Source of the DNA: a phage
Sequence record: OZ346189.1
Direction: 5' to 3' (one strand)
Length of the DNA stretch: 64,000 bases
Shown in pieces: positions 37,286 to 47,758 of the stretch. Both the position numbers and the translations under genes were made by a program. The notes below the pieces were generated by a model that saw nothing but the letters and a program-made list of their open reading frames with translations, was not told the origin of the DNA and searched no databases. Each line of letters begins with the position of its first letter. Within the stretch, counting starts at the first letter, position 1.

Positions 37286-38374
37286 TTAAAACTCCCAAAT
37301 TTCTTCTTCAGCGTCGTTAACAGTTGTGTTGACGCGGTAGTCAGTGTTCGACATTTCTTGGTTCGCCGTCTGTTGCAATGAAGGTTTCATCCACACCTGC
37401 ATAAACGGTAGCGGGTCCTTTGTTGGCGGCACAAAGTCTTTGTCGATGTCGTAGTAATCATAAATCGGTGAGCAGTTATAGTCAACCCATTCTTTAAGCA
37501 ACGGTGAGTTAAGACCTATAATCGCTCTTCCTTCGCTGAAAATATAGTCACTCCAACCGTACTCTTTGGTTCGCACTTCATCAAGAATCTCTTTTAACTC
37601 CCCTTTTATCTCAAGGAAGCTTTTCTCCCATGCGGGATCATTAAGCAGGATATCAATGATGGCAAAATCACCTTTCGAATGTAGCATTTCGTCAAGCATG
37701 ATTTTTTGAACAAGCTGCGCCACCTGAACAAAGATACCCTGTTCAGCTACTGCGAAAGTGCATGCAAAACTTGCAATAAACTCAATACTTTCCAGAGCTA
37801 AAAGTGCAAAAAGCGCTCTAAGAATGCATTTCCGCACAACATCTTCTTCAACACTAGAAGGATCCAGTCGGTATTTTGCACCAATAACCTCAAGCTCTTG
37901 CATGTATTTGACAATAACGCCGGATCTGCTCAGAACGTTTTGGTTTTCCTGAATCTCTTCTATAATCTCACGGGCATTGGGGAGGCATTGTCTAACAATC
38001 TCTGAGTAAGTTAGTGCGTGAAGAACTTCAATCTCCGACTGTTTCATCAATAGAGTGAAAAGCTCACTATTAGTGATGAATGGTGAAAAGAGGCAGATGA
38101 TCGATCTTGCCGCAACGCTATCAGCCTCCCATTGCCACATCAAGGTCTGAACCATCACATCATAAGTTGACTTTGAGCATGTTACAAAATCTGAAATAGA
38201 TTGCGACAAATCCACTTCATCCTCTGCCCAGTCTTGTTCTTTTTGTTTTTTGTACAGTTCGAACAGTTGTGGATATTTTTTGTTGATAGAGTCGTACATA
38301 CCCATTTGCTGTCCCAGAAACAGCGGATAGTCACCAGTTTTATGAGCGGTGTTCTCAGCATTAAATACAGCCAT
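37286..38374 (-). CDS. nrdB: ribonucleotide reductase class Ia beta subunit
   Basis: NrdB-like sequence; start MAVFNAENT at 38374 after GAGGTAG RBS (track ORF extends to 38434). Confidence 0.8.
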   Translation of the reverse strand: MAVFNAENTAHKTGDYPLFLGQQMGMYDSINKKYPQLFELYKKQKEQDWAEDEVDLSQSISDFVTCSKSTYDVMVQTLMWQWEADSVAARSIICLFSPFITNSELFTLLMKQSEIEVLHALTYSEIVRQCLPNAREIIEEIQENQNVLSRSGVIVKYMQELEVIGAKYRLDPSSVEEDVVRKCILRALFALLALESIEFIASFACTFAVAEQGIFVQVAQLVQKIMLDEMLHSKGDFAIIDILLNDPAWEKSFLEIKGELKEILDEVRTKEYGWSDYIFSEGRAIIGLNSPLLKEWVDYNCSPIYDYYDIDKDFVPPTKDPLPFMQVWMKPSLQQTANQEMSNTDYRVNTTVNDAEEEIWEF

Positions 38375-38412
38375 TATTCTACCTCTAAAATGGGGCCGAA
38401 GCCCCTTTAAAA

Positions 38413-40728
38413 TTATAGTGCACAGCTTTCGCAATACGGATCTTCAACTGAACTATCTGCAATCAAAGGATAGTTCTTTCTGGTTTCATCTTCAGCCTGT
38501 TTCTTGGCATGAAGTTCCTCTGCCAAGGAGTCACCCGCACCAACCCTAGAGTTTAAATAATACCATGTCTTCATTCCGAATTTAGTGGCACGGATAAGGT
38601 ACCCTAGCTGCTCCTTCATTGAAATTTTACCATCTTTCAACTTGGTGTAGTCTATGTATAAATCCGCGCTGATTGCCTGACCTGTGAATTTTTGAATCAC
38701 AGCATACATATCGATCATGTCGTTAGTATCAACGTCCCAAGCCGAAGTGTAATACTCTTTCAACTCATCATAGTCAGGAACGATAAACAGCACCTGCCCT
38801 TGTGGCGACTTTTTAAAGATAATGTGCTCACGGACAGGATAAACCCCGTTAGTGGTGTTTGTTGCCAGCGAAGAGCTTTCATTAGGCATATATGCTTCAA
38901 GAACGCTATTACGTAGCCCACCATTTTCAACGATTTCTTTACGTAACCCTTCCCAATCCTGTTTAAGAGAAGGATCTTTCACCACGCTATCGACCTCTTT
39001 GTTATAGGTGTCGATTGGTAACCAACCTTCTGGATATTTTGTTTTATGCATCCACTCGCAGACACCACGCTCTTTTGCCAACCGTAAACTTGCCTTATGC
39101 AAGCTGTAGCTGTGAAGTTCTGCAAGATCGTGAACGAGCTGTTTACTTTCAGGAGACCCGTAAGTAACCTTGTGGCTGGCAATAAAATGTGCAACATTGG
39201 TAAGGCCAACCCCGATGGATCTGCGTTTTTTAACTGTGCTTTCCATATTTTCATACGGATATGTCATGATTTCCATAACATTGTCAATCATAAGCACCGT
39301 ATAGTATGCAACATCCTCATACTCCTCTGGAGTAACCCTCCCAGCTACAAGAGATGACAGGAAGCACAATGCAACCTCTCCATCATCAGCATCGTACTTG
39401 AAGATATTACGCATATCTGAATAGCCTTTTGTCGGGAGGGCTATTTCTGCACACAGGTTGCTTGAATAGATCACATCTTTAAAAGGTGTATGTCTATTCA
39501 TCTCATCTGTCCAGTATACGTACAGCCTTCCCACCTCAGTGCGCTGCGTGATCAGTTCAACAGCAAGATCTCTAGCTCGGATCCATGTTTTAGGAATACT
39601 GTCATCTTTAGCAATACGATCAACCTCTGCATCAAACTCCTCTATAGACATGGTGAAGATACCCTCATGCAGTTGAGGCGCGTGCTTATAAGAAACAAGC
39701 ATCCAATCTAAATTCTTAGCCACACGGTTGATAAACGACCTATTAATACCGATGGAGTAGTCCATGGTGTTGATTCTTTTTGAAGCAACAGTCATAGGGT
39801 TTCTCAAACGGATTAGCTCATCAATCTGCGGGTCCAGTGCAAGGAATGATACTGTTGCAGAACCACCACGTGATTGTTGTCTGTTCTCCTTAACCCCAGC
39901 ATCAATACCTCGATAATATGGAATCTTACCCATATGTTTAATAGTGTTACCACGAACACCATCGCCTGCAGATCTTGAGGATAAGTAGTAGCCGATACCT
40001 GCTTGGTTAACCGTCATTGTGTACGCAACTTCACGTGCCACACCAATAGATTTTGCTGTATCGTCAGCTTTTATTACACAACAAGATGCATACCCTGTCT
40101 TACCTGTGCGCAGCCCGTTTAAGTACGGTGTCGGGGCATTGATCTTTAAGTCGGACAGGTAAGTGTATAATTTTACAACATCGTTGATACGACGTTCTTT
40201 CGGCATATTCTTCATGACAGCCATTGCTATCCCCATAAACATCATCTGGGGAGATTCAAACAAGGTGTCTTTAAGAGTATCCTTGATCCCGTATTTGTCG
40301 CGAAACTGTTTAAGGACTGCATAGCCATAACCGAGATCTTTACTGTGATCAATAACAGTGCCTAAAGTGTTTAACTCGGTAAAGCTATAACCCATATCCT
40401 CCCAATACCCTTTCTCAACCATGTCGTTGTAAAATGATGGTAAGGAAGGGATCTTTGTAAACCCTCCAAAAGCCTCTTTATAAATCTGACCAATAAGAAC
40501 ACGACCAGCCATACGGGAATGTGCTTCGTCTTTACGGCTAACACAGGAGTCTATGATAGCTTGGTTAACTTCTTTGGTTGTACATCCATCATACAGTCGT
40601 TTGTATGCATCCAGTGCAATGTGTGACCAATTGCCGTTACCGTCGTCACCGAAAATAGCTGCCTTATTTAAACGTTCTGGATCGAATGCCACTTCACATC
40701 CGTTGCTTTTAATTACCTTGGTGATCAA
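38413..40728 (-). CDS. nrdA: ribonucleotide reductase class Ia alpha subunit
   Basis: 771 aa; N-terminal ATP cone; active-site motif SNLCAEIALPT. Confidence 0.85.
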   Translation of the reverse strand: MITKVIKSNGCEVAFDPERLNKAAIFGDDGNGNWSHIALDAYKRLYDGCTTKEVNQAIIDSCVSRKDEAHSRMAGRVLIGQIYKEAFGGFTKIPSLPSFYNDMVEKGYWEDMGYSFTELNTLGTVIDHSKDLGYGYAVLKQFRDKYGIKDTLKDTLFESPQMMFMGIAMAVMKNMPKERRINDVVKLYTYLSDLKINAPTPYLNGLRTGKTGYASCCVIKADDTAKSIGVAREVAYTMTVNQAGIGYYLSSRSAGDGVRGNTIKHMGKIPYYRGIDAGVKENRQQSRGGSATVSFLALDPQIDELIRLRNPMTVASKRINTMDYSIGINRSFINRVAKNLDWMLVSYKHAPQLHEGIFTMSIEEFDAEVDRIAKDDSIPKTWIRARDLAVELITQRTEVGRLYVYWTDEMNRHTPFKDVIYSSNLCAEIALPTKGYSDMRNIFKYDADDGEVALCFLSSLVAGRVTPEEYEDVAYYTVLMIDNVMEIMTYPYENMESTVKKRRSIGVGLTNVAHFIASHKVTYGSPESKQLVHDLAELHSYSLHKASLRLAKERGVCEWMHKTKYPEGWLPIDTYNKEVDSVVKDPSLKQDWEGLRKEIVENGGLRNSVLEAYMPNESSSLATNTTNGVYPVREHIIFKKSPQGQVLFIVPDYDELKEYYTSAWDVDTNDMIDMYAVIQKFTGQAISADLYIDYTKLKDGKISMKEQLGYLIRATKFGMKTWYYLNSRVGAGDSLAEELHAKKQAEDETRKNYPLIADSSVEDPYCESCAL

Positions 40729-41033
40729 TTTGCTTCCTCCACTTCATTAACGTATTTATCAAGGCAGGTATCAGTATCTTGCTGGATAAAGGTATCCTCT
40801 TCTACAGAGATATTTATAATTTTACCTGTATACTCGTCATAATAAACATCATCATACATTTTAATATCGTTTGTCAGGCCGTTGAACCAAAGCCAACCAA
40901 CATACTCTGCCCGACTTGCAAAACCAAGATCCTTCCACTTGGAGTTATGACTCATCTTCACCACCTTAGCTTTCAATACCGAATAATTTTTCCAGGCGAT
41001 GCAGATCTTCAAAATTAAAAGGTTCATCAACAA
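40725..41033 (-). CDS. hypothetical protein
   Basis: ORF, coupled. Confidence 0.4.
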   Translation of the reverse strand: MLMNLLILKICIAWKNYSVLKAKVVKMSHNSKWKDLGFASRAEYVGWLWFNGLTNDIKMYDDVYYDEYTGKIINISVEEDTFIQQDTDTCLDKYVNEVEEAN

Positions 41034-41466
41034 TATGAATATCTTCAGCCTTTTCAGATTGTTTTGTATACTTTCTTACATTAACACGATCCTCTACAGG
41101 GATATCATACGGAAGATCTTGAACAAGCATTGCCTCACCGGGTGCTTTATCTACATCTAAAATATCTACACCGTTATACATTTGCGGGTATCTAAAGTCT
41201 GCACGCATGACACCAGCAAATACATCTGCCTTTCGATAATGTGTTGGCTTATTTTTGCATCGAACGTTTTTTCCACGAAGAACATCAATACTTTTTAAAT
41301 CAAACCCTACGGCAAAGAGTGCAGCTCGGAGACCGTTTCGTGTGCGAACGTTAAACCCGGGAACGGTAGATAGGAAATCCAAAGTAACTGAAATAAATGT
41401 CTTTTTAGGAATCATAACATTACTCATATCTGTCTCCATTTCTGGCCCACTAACAAAGTGAGCCAT
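40966..41466 (-). CDS. hypothetical protein
   Basis: ORF; start uncertain (overlaps the downstream gene). Confidence 0.35.
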   Translation of the reverse strand: MAHFVSGPEMETDMSNVMIPKKTFISVTLDFLSTVPGFNVRTRNGLRAALFAVGFDLKSIDVLRGKNVRCKNKPTHYRKADVFAGVMRADFRYPQMYNGVDILDVDKAPGEAMLVQDLPYDIPVEDRVNVRKYTKQSEKAEDIHIVDEPFNFEDLHRLEKLFGIES

Positions 41467-41525
41467 TATTATAGATTATCTAATACTATTAGTCAACACA
41501 AAAATTACCTATCGCTGTGATAGGA

Positions 41526-42509
41526 TTAACCTTTCACGAAGTGGTTATTAAGCAGTTGTCTGTGCTGAACCCACCCACAAAAGTTGGCAGACCAGAATTT
41601 ACCATCACGATCTTGATGGGTTACACCTTCCTGCCAAGTACTGATGTCTTGTGTGATTTCACATGAAGACAGGTAGTAGTTTAAACGTTCCATTGCGTTA
41701 TCGTGATCCATAGGTGTCGCCTGGTGCTCGTAAGGGCTTGCATGAATACGATCCCCACCAATCAATTTTTTAGCCACACTGTCTGCCTTTTCAAACGTGC
41801 TGTCAATATTTCGATAAGATACTTGTGCACAGCAACTAGCACTGATAGACAGAGCTTCTTTAGTATCGAGAATGCAAAGCTTTCCTTCTGTGTCACGTAC
41901 AGCGTAGTTAAACTCTCCGTCCAAATAAACGTGCTCTACATATGGGGTGTGCCATTGACCCGGTTTAAGGATTTCAGGAGTGCTATTCCCAAGAGCCTCC
42001 CACATACAATTAGCCAACATCTGAATCGTAGGATCCGCATCGTGCCAGCAACGGAGGTGGAAAAAATTATTCCACTCGGTGCTTGTTACAACTGTTTTCA
42101 TGCGCTGGAATGGCTCCACTAAGCGGTTACATACTTGCTTATGGTAACCAGCAAGGGCGAACTTCTCTGCATGCCAAGCGGCGTTTTTTGCAGCTTCTTT
42201 CCAAAACTCTTCAGGAGTTAGCTCCATGTCAGTGTACTCTACACGGATCTTTTGATCGTGTTCCCCACCATCTTCCATTCCTCGCTTATTTACACCGAAG
42301 CGAACTGGCATTGCCGGATTCTCCACAATCTGTTGCAGCATCTTGCCGACAGGTACTGCACGGGAAGACATGGCGTTTCGGCTGAACACTCGGTGCGTCA
42401 TAAGCTCTGAGTGAATAATTCGAGGATACTCTAGTTCAAAAGTGGTGATACGCTTACCTTTCTCGGAAATGCTGTCAGCAATAATCTTTGCAGTGCACAG
42501 TTTTAGCAT
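41526..42509 (-). CDS. ThyX-like protein (flavin-dependent thymidylate synthase family)
   Basis: HSELMTHRVFSRNAMSSR matches the ThyX signature (H-E-L-I-R-HR-x-FS-x-S-x-x-S-x-R) with T for the first R; 327 aa is long for ThyX. Confidence 0.45.
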   Translation of the reverse strand: MLKLCTAKIIADSISEKGKRITTFELEYPRIIHSELMTHRVFSRNAMSSRAVPVGKMLQQIVENPAMPVRFGVNKRGMEDGGEHDQKIRVEYTDMELTPEEFWKEAAKNAAWHAEKFALAGYHKQVCNRLVEPFQRMKTVVTSTEWNNFFHLRCWHDADPTIQMLANCMWEALGNSTPEILKPGQWHTPYVEHVYLDGEFNYAVRDTEGKLCILDTKEALSISASCCAQVSYRNIDSTFEKADSVAKKLIGGDRIHASPYEHQATPMDHDNAMERLNYYLSSCEITQDISTWQEGVTHQDRDGKFWSANFCGWVQHRQLLNNHFVKG

Positions 42510-42709
42510 TATTTAGCTCTCCTTGTTTTAATTTTGGAAATTTCGTCTGGGTTTATGTTGGCCTTAAATGCAAGGTATCTGTTGAACATGTCAGAGCACA
42601 TATCTTGGGTGATCCTAGAGGCATACACTAGCTTACCTCCTAGATCATACACCTCTAGCCAGTCACCGTATCTGACTACAGGATCGCCACCTTTAGAACA
42701 TCTGCCCAT
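42509..42709 (-). CDS. hypothetical protein
   Basis: ORF. Confidence 0.4.
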   Translation of the reverse strand: MGRCSKGGDPVVRYGDWLEVYDLGGKLVYASRITQDMCSDMFNRYLAFKANINPDEISKIKTRRAK

Positions 42710-42710
42710 T

Positions 42711-43304
42711 TCAAATACCTTCTAAAAATTTTCCTATTTTATACCAGCTATTAGCGGTATAGTCAACACTGACCTTTAACTCCTCGAATTGCTCATAAGG
42801 CGTATCTTTTAGGATTTTAATAACTTCAGGTCGTGAAGCGAATTGGTTCAGGTATTCATGCCTGTCGTCAATTATAACATCTACAGCCACATTCCCTTTG
42901 AAATGTGTGGCGTAGAAGCCGTGGCCCTGGGTGTGATCGTCCAGATCCATAAAATCACTGGTCCAACGCTTTAAGAACCTTGATTTAGATGCAAGGTGAC
43001 CTTTCTTGCATACCGAGATAAATGCAAGCTTGTGACCACGAGCCACCAAATCTTTCATAACCTCAATAGCCCCCTCTTCAGGCTTAAGGAAGTCGTAGAG
43101 GAACGGATCACTCCAGAAATCAAAAGGTCCTATGATGTTTTCTTTGGGACGATCAGGCCAATACTTTGACAGATCGTAGTACATTAGCCCATTAGAAGGT
43201 TTAGCTACTGTCTTACTGGCTGGACCATACAAACGCTCCAACCACTCCCACCATGCTGTTCCTGAATCTACCAGTGTCAGATCTACATCAATTCCGATTA
43301 ACAT
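42711..43304 (-). CDS. HAD-superfamily phosphatase (nucleotidase-like)
   Basis: N-terminal DxDxT motif (IGIDVDLTLVD). Confidence 0.55.
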   Translation of the reverse strand: MLIGIDVDLTLVDSGTAWWEWLERLYGPASKTVAKPSNGLMYYDLSKYWPDRPKENIIGPFDFWSDPFLYDFLKPEEGAIEVMKDLVARGHKLAFISVCKKGHLASKSRFLKRWTSDFMDLDDHTQGHGFYATHFKGNVAVDVIIDDRHEYLNQFASRPEVIKILKDTPYEQFEELKVSVDYTANSWYKIGKFLEGI

Positions 43305-43912
43305 TCTTCTTGGGCCTCTTTAGCATCAATATACTTGCACACAATCTCCGATGCACACTCCCAAGGTGCACCTTCAGGGTTTACAACATCAAACTCAACC
43401 CCTTTTATTCCGTTCTTTTCCAGACTTAGATAGGTTCTGGAATCATTTCCCCAGTCATATCCTACACGGTGAATACGGAACAACAACAGATCTCCACCTG
43501 TGCTGTATGCGTACTCGCTAAGGCATGCCAGCTCCTCTTTGAATCCCCCATCGGAGTAAACAATAACCCCTTTACCTTCAGGGAAATCTTTCTTCAAAGA
43601 TGCGACTGAGGCTTTACCGAAAGCATCTTCACCAAAGATAGGTTTAATCAGATTTTCACTACAATGGATCATCCATTCTCGCGGAGAAACATGCTTGCCG
43701 TCTATCATTAAGAAAGGGCAAGGCTCTTCTTTGTAGTGGCGGTCATAAAGTGCATTCCAGAGTTGAGGAGTTACACCAGCTGCCTTAATTGCCACACTGA
43801 AGAGCATTTCCTTAACCTCACGGTGGTGTGAGTTAGGAATAGCTTCCAACAAGAGATCTGCAATGTGATCCTTACCACTGCTGGGTGGGGCGTTAAGAAC
43901 AATAATATCCAT
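43298..43912 (-). CDS. P-loop nucleotide kinase (dNMP kinase-like)
   Basis: P-loop LNAPPSSGKD near the N-terminus, similar to T4 gp1-type kinases. Confidence 0.5.
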   Translation of the reverse strand: MDIIVLNAPPSSGKDHIADLLLEAIPNSHHREVKEMLFSVAIKAAGVTPQLWNALYDRHYKEEPCPFLMIDGKHVSPREWMIHCSENLIKPIFGEDAFGKASVASLKKDFPEGKGVIVYSDGGFKEELACLSEYAYSTGGDLLLFRIHRVGYDWGNDSRTYLSLEKNGIKGVEFDVVNPEGAPWECASEIVCKYIDAKEAQEEC

Positions 43913-44115
43913 TAAAAACCTCCGTGGTATTCTTCAACTGCATCAATAATACTTTTACACTTATCTACCAGCTCGTTAGCCACTACAGCATCGTCTTCCC
44001 AAACAGCCTCCTCAATCTGATCAAGCAATGATCGCATCTTACTCATCATTTCTGGGATAAAGTTTTCTGAAAAGCTGTCTGGAATTGTTAACTCTAGTGT
44101 CATTTCGGTCTCCAA
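43912..44115 (-). CDS. hypothetical acidic protein
   Basis: ORF. Confidence 0.4.
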   Translation of the reverse strand: METEMTLELTIPDSFSENFIPEMMSKMRSLLDQIEEAVWEDDAVVANELVDKCKSIIDAVEEYHGGF

Positions 44116-44130
44116 TCATACTATGCGTTA

Positions 44131-44589
44131 TTAGAAGTTTGTTTTTACACGTCCCTTCTCATCAACCTCGTTGTTAGCTAAAAGCGTTACAAAGTCTGTG
44201 AAACGAACATGAAGAACCCTTTTCTTATCAAGGTATCCTAAAGCCACCCCTGAGAAATTTAGCATCAAAGGGGCTAAAGAAGCTCTGGCACTGAAATGCT
44301 GTTGTTCTACCCTTCCAACACCCTTAGTGTAGGATGGGTTAAGATTGTAAGTTCTGAATCCCAGTTTTGTTGGAGCTTTAGAATTAAAAACGACTTTATA
44401 GCGTTTCTTACTCAACTTATGCTCCAGGATAAGCATTCCCTTATCACCTTTGATAAGTTGAAAATCTGTAAAGTGCTCTTTTAAGACGAAAGGTAGTGCC
44501 AGTCCCATCGCCTGTCCTCTTTGTACCGCTGTCTCACCAAAAGCTTTTGCATCAGTAAGTTCTTTGGTCAAGTCTATGCTTTTGATCAT
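44131..44589 (-). CDS. hypothetical protein
   Basis: ORF. Confidence 0.4.
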   Translation of the reverse strand: MIKSIDLTKELTDAKAFGETAVQRGQAMGLALPFVLKEHFTDFQLIKGDKGMLILEHKLSKKRYKVVFNSKAPTKLGFRTYNLNPSYTKGVGRVEQQHFSARASLAPLMLNFSGVALGYLDKKRVLHVRFTDFVTLLANNEVDEKGRVKTNF

Positions 44590-45400
44590 ACCTGGTCTCC
44601 AAAATGTATTGTAGTTCTTTCTTACCTATACTCTTCATTCCAGCAGTCTTACCTGCTTCTTCTTGAAAAGAAGAATAGCATTCAGCAAACACTCTGTCAA
44701 CACCGTTAACTAAAGATTTTATGAAATATGTTGATTCTTCAGATTTTGGGTCATCATCCCCCAATACTTTTCCAGCATTATACCCAACACGTCTTACACA
44801 GAAGTCGTAGTCATCTGGTGTGCTAAAAGAAAATAACTTATTCTCTCCAATCTCTACAGGATCCCTATTGCACGCCTTTTTCTCCCAAATTTGGAAAACA
44901 CATGGCACGTCATAAGGTTTGCCATTAAGTAAAAACGAATTCTTAGGGCACCTTTCGCTGTAGACAAGGTGCATCGACATGTCCAGTTTGTTTGCAAAAA
45001 ATATTTTTTCAAATGTCCGTGGCAAGATGAAGGCTATAGCCCCTCCAAGCTCTAGCAATGATGCACAATGGTTAAAGAATTTGCAAGCTAAGGATGAATT
45101 CTTGCCAAATGGTGGGTTACCTATGAAGACATCTGCCTTGGGATGCACCTCCAAGAAGTTTGCCTGAATGCACGGTGTTGGTCCTTCAAATTCAGGATCT
45201 GGTACTAAATCGTACGACAGTATCTCTGAAAATAGTTTTGAAAAAGAACCCCTTCCAGCAGAAGGCTCAACGTATGCACAATTCCCATACTTATCTTTTA
45301 CTTTACCAACAAGATATTCTGCATACTCAGGGTTTGTGTAGTATTTGTCGTTGGACTCTTTCTTGCTCAAAGTGCCTCCAAAAGGAAAAGGGAGGCGCAA
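44552..45400 (-). CDS. DNA N6-adenine methyltransferase
   Basis: SAM-binding motif VEPSAGRGSF and catalytic IGNPPFG. Confidence 0.6.
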   Translation of the reverse strand: MRLPFPFGGTLSKKESNDKYYTNPEYAEYLVGKVKDKYGNCAYVEPSAGRGSFSKLFSEILSYDLVPDPEFEGPTPCIQANFLEVHPKADVFIGNPPFGKNSSLACKFFNHCASLLELGGAIAFILPRTFEKIFFANKLDMSMHLVYSERCPKNSFLLNGKPYDVPCVFQIWEKKACNRDPVEIGENKLFSFSTPDDYDFCVRRVGYNAGKVLGDDDPKSEESTYFIKSLVNGVDRVFAECYSSFQEEAGKTAGMKSIGKKELQYILETRYDQKHRLDQRTY

Positions 45401-45415
45401 GCCTCCCTATAATTG

Positions 45416-46399
45416 TTAGATTATCTGAATCAGGGTATTTTTCATTTCTTCTCTGGTGCGGATGTTGTTACGGTCACGAACAACAGATCCACAACCTTCG
45501 CAGCGGTATGTTTTAAATGCACTCAGTTGAGTATACGCCAAAGCTTCTTCCTCGTGAAGGTGTTCTCCACCACAGCGTGGGCAACGAACTTTTGGCTCCT
45601 CATCCTGGTAGTACAATGACATGTTGGGGTGCTGCTTAGCAAACGGGCGAGCCAGCAAATACAGGCCTTCCAGAGATAGGATATCGCCAACATTGTACTC
45701 CCGCATCTGTTTAAACGCCTCAAGATCACCGTGAACACACTTGATCCACATTTCAAATGTGTGGTCAATCAGTTTCTGTCGGGCAAGTTGGAAGTATTTG
45801 CATGCATACTCCAAAGTGTTTGCATTCAAACGGAATGCCTTCTTGATCATTTTAAGGGTGTCAACCTCTTTGTAGGGGCTTGTTGGAGGCAATCCGTGAA
45901 ATGCAAATCGTTGGTTGGCCCACCCACAGTCAAAACCTGAATTGTGGGCTACTGCGACATCACATTTATCCAGATAATACCACAAATCCTGAATCAATTC
46001 GAGATCATTGTGAATATCCTCATCCCACATTTTGTAATCAGGAAGAGCGCAGTCAACCACACTAGGACTGTCTAACCACTTACCTGCGAAAGTTAGCATG
46101 TAGGGCATAATTTCAATACCGCAGGTTTGAATGTTGGTCTTATAGTGCCCAAAGAACCAGCCGTTTGTTGGAGATGTCTCTGTATCATACACCCAAACTT
46201 TAGCACCTTTGTGCTCTTCAAGGAAGCGCTCCGTTGCTTCTCCTACAATCTCTGACATATTCTCTTGTGCACGTTTAAGCTGTAGTCGGATCCAGCTCTC
46301 ACGTGACTCACGGCCTAAAAATTCACGAGCAATTTGTCTATTAGTGTATCCCTGTTGCTTTAGTGTTAAAATTTGCTCAAGAGTTAACTTTGTCATCAT
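45416..46399 (-). CDS. DnaQ-like 3'-5' exonuclease with C-terminal zinc finger
   Basis: Exo I VYDTETS, Exo II AHNSGFD; CPRCGG...CEGCGS. Confidence 0.55.
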   Translation of the reverse strand: MMTKLTLEQILTLKQQGYTNRQIAREFLGRESRESWIRLQLKRAQENMSEIVGEATERFLEEHKGAKVWVYDTETSPTNGWFFGHYKTNIQTCGIEIMPYMLTFAGKWLDSPSVVDCALPDYKMWDEDIHNDLELIQDLWYYLDKCDVAVAHNSGFDCGWANQRFAFHGLPPTSPYKEVDTLKMIKKAFRLNANTLEYACKYFQLARQKLIDHTFEMWIKCVHGDLEAFKQMREYNVGDILSLEGLYLLARPFAKQHPNMSLYYQDEEPKVRCPRCGGEHLHEEEALAYTQLSAFKTYRCEGCGSVVRDRNNIRTREEMKNTLIQII

Positions 46400-46411
46400 C
46401 GTTAAGATTCC

Positions 46412-46633
46412 TTAGTAAAACTGAAGAATGTCTTTTAAAGCGAAGTCACGATATTCGCCCTTGTCTACATCGAAGGCACGCATCAACCACTGCTCTTCTT
46501 TATGATACTCTGTAGAGCCAAACCATAAATTAGGCTCAGTAACGCAGCGATCTGCAACAACACCTTTCCAGTTACGGTATTTCATCCTGATCAGGACTGA
46601 GTCGCAAGGATTGAATACCTTTTTCATCCCCAT
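46412..46633 (-). CDS. hypothetical protein
   Basis: ORF. Confidence 0.4.
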   Translation of the reverse strand: MGMKKVFNPCDSVLIRMKYRNWKGVVADRCVTEPNLWFGSTEYHKEEQWLMRAFDVDKGEYRDFALKDILQFY

Positions 46634-47177
46634 AGAAATCTCTCTCCTCAGTTTTCTTTATAAACTCCTGCATGTAGGACTCAATAGCCTCATGCTTGGT
46701 GCACTCTGGATTAATGACAAGATTGAGATCTGATTCTGCTCGTGCAATGATCGTAGCTTTAGAGCATCTCCTCAAGAACTTTGTCATATCATCTCTGTAG
46801 TTTTTGTGGAGCGGGAAGTCGCTGTAGTCTTTCTCCAAATAGTCAGCCATCCGGCGCAACGCCTCTGATAAACTGCAATCTGTATACTCGTTACAGTATT
46901 TCATCCAGTATTTAAGCACATACCCCTCAAAGGTATTAGTGCATTGTGACAAAACACCCCTGCAACGACCAGTCAGATGGTCATGATCCAAACAAGGCTT
47001 ACGAAGTGGCTCGCACAAGATCGGATCAAGACCATCCTGCTCCTCTGACAATTCTTTTCGAAAGTTGGCTATGTCCTTAGAATCTTTTAGCCACCCGCTA
47101 TGAACGGGGGCTTTGACAGCTTTCTTTCTTATTTTACGCTTTGCGATAACCCCTCCAGATGCGCCCTGCCTATCCAA
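46572..47177 (-). CDS. Endonuclease VII-like (T4 gp49 family) nuclease
   Basis: CLDHDHLTGRCRGVL...C motif of the Endo VII/HNH family; true start may be internal. Confidence 0.55.
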   Translation of the reverse strand: MDRQGASGGVIAKRKIRKKAVKAPVHSGWLKDSKDIANFRKELSEEQDGLDPILCEPLRKPCLDHDHLTGRCRGVLSQCTNTFEGYVLKYWMKYCNEYTDCSLSEALRRMADYLEKDYSDFPLHKNYRDDMTKFLRRCSKATIIARAESDLNLVINPECTKHEAIESYMQEFIKKTEERDFYGDEKGIQSLRLSPDQDEIP

Positions 47178-47758
47178 TAAGCATCGGCGAGATCGGCCTT
47201 ACCTTGTACCAAATTGATCCCATCTAGGAACCCAGGTTCAGATACTTCGCAGGCCTTAACCATCAACTTTTTATCCATCGTAACAGGTTTCTTCACAGTA
47301 TGCTCTTTACCTGTCTTTTTGTCAAGCTTTTTCTTCTCCTCAAAAGCAAGTTCCTCAGGAAGATGACTACGAGCAAACTTTTTGGCAGTTGTTGGTGTCA
47401 CGGTGTGGACCTTAAACAGGCCGTCATTTTCACAATCAGCTAAAGCATCCCAAAGCATAACTTCAAGACCGTAAAACAACCCAGCCAGTTCGCGTGTGGC
47501 ATCCCCGCGTGATCCAAAGGAAAGCCCTTCCATAACCACGGTGTCAACGCCGTGCGTGTGGATGTAATATCTGACCTGTTTGCAGATCCAGTCAATACGC
47601 TCAGCAGCTGTTGCAAAAGAAACCGTCCCTGGTTTCTTCTCTTTTGCAGATGAGCTTTGAGTTCGTAACACAACCTTATGAACAGGCTTTCCATCGTCCC
47701 ATACAACGCAAGCTGTGTGTGTCAACGACTGGTCTATGGATAATAGACGCTCTCTCAT
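47129..47758 (-). CDS. RuvC-like Holliday junction resolvase
   Basis: RNase H-fold pattern LLSIDQS...VVMEGLSF...LADAYWIG consistent with RuvC-type catalytic residues. Confidence 0.45.
   Translation of the reverse strand: MRERLLSIDQSLTHTACVVWDDGKPVHKVVLRTQSSSAKEKKPGTVSFATAAERIDWICKQVRYYIHTHGVDTVVMEGLSFGSRGDATRELAGLFYGLEVMLWDALADCENDGLFKVHTVTPTTAKKFARSHLPEELAFEEKKKLDKKTGKEHTVKKPVTMDKKLMVKACEVSEPGFLDGINLVQGKADLADAYWIGRAHLEGLSQSVK

Noticed and set aside
40966-41466. Dihydrofolate reductase
   Set aside because: Position next to the ThyX-like and RNR genes suggested it, but the N-terminal DHFR motifs (IG..N.LPW, GR.T) are absent.
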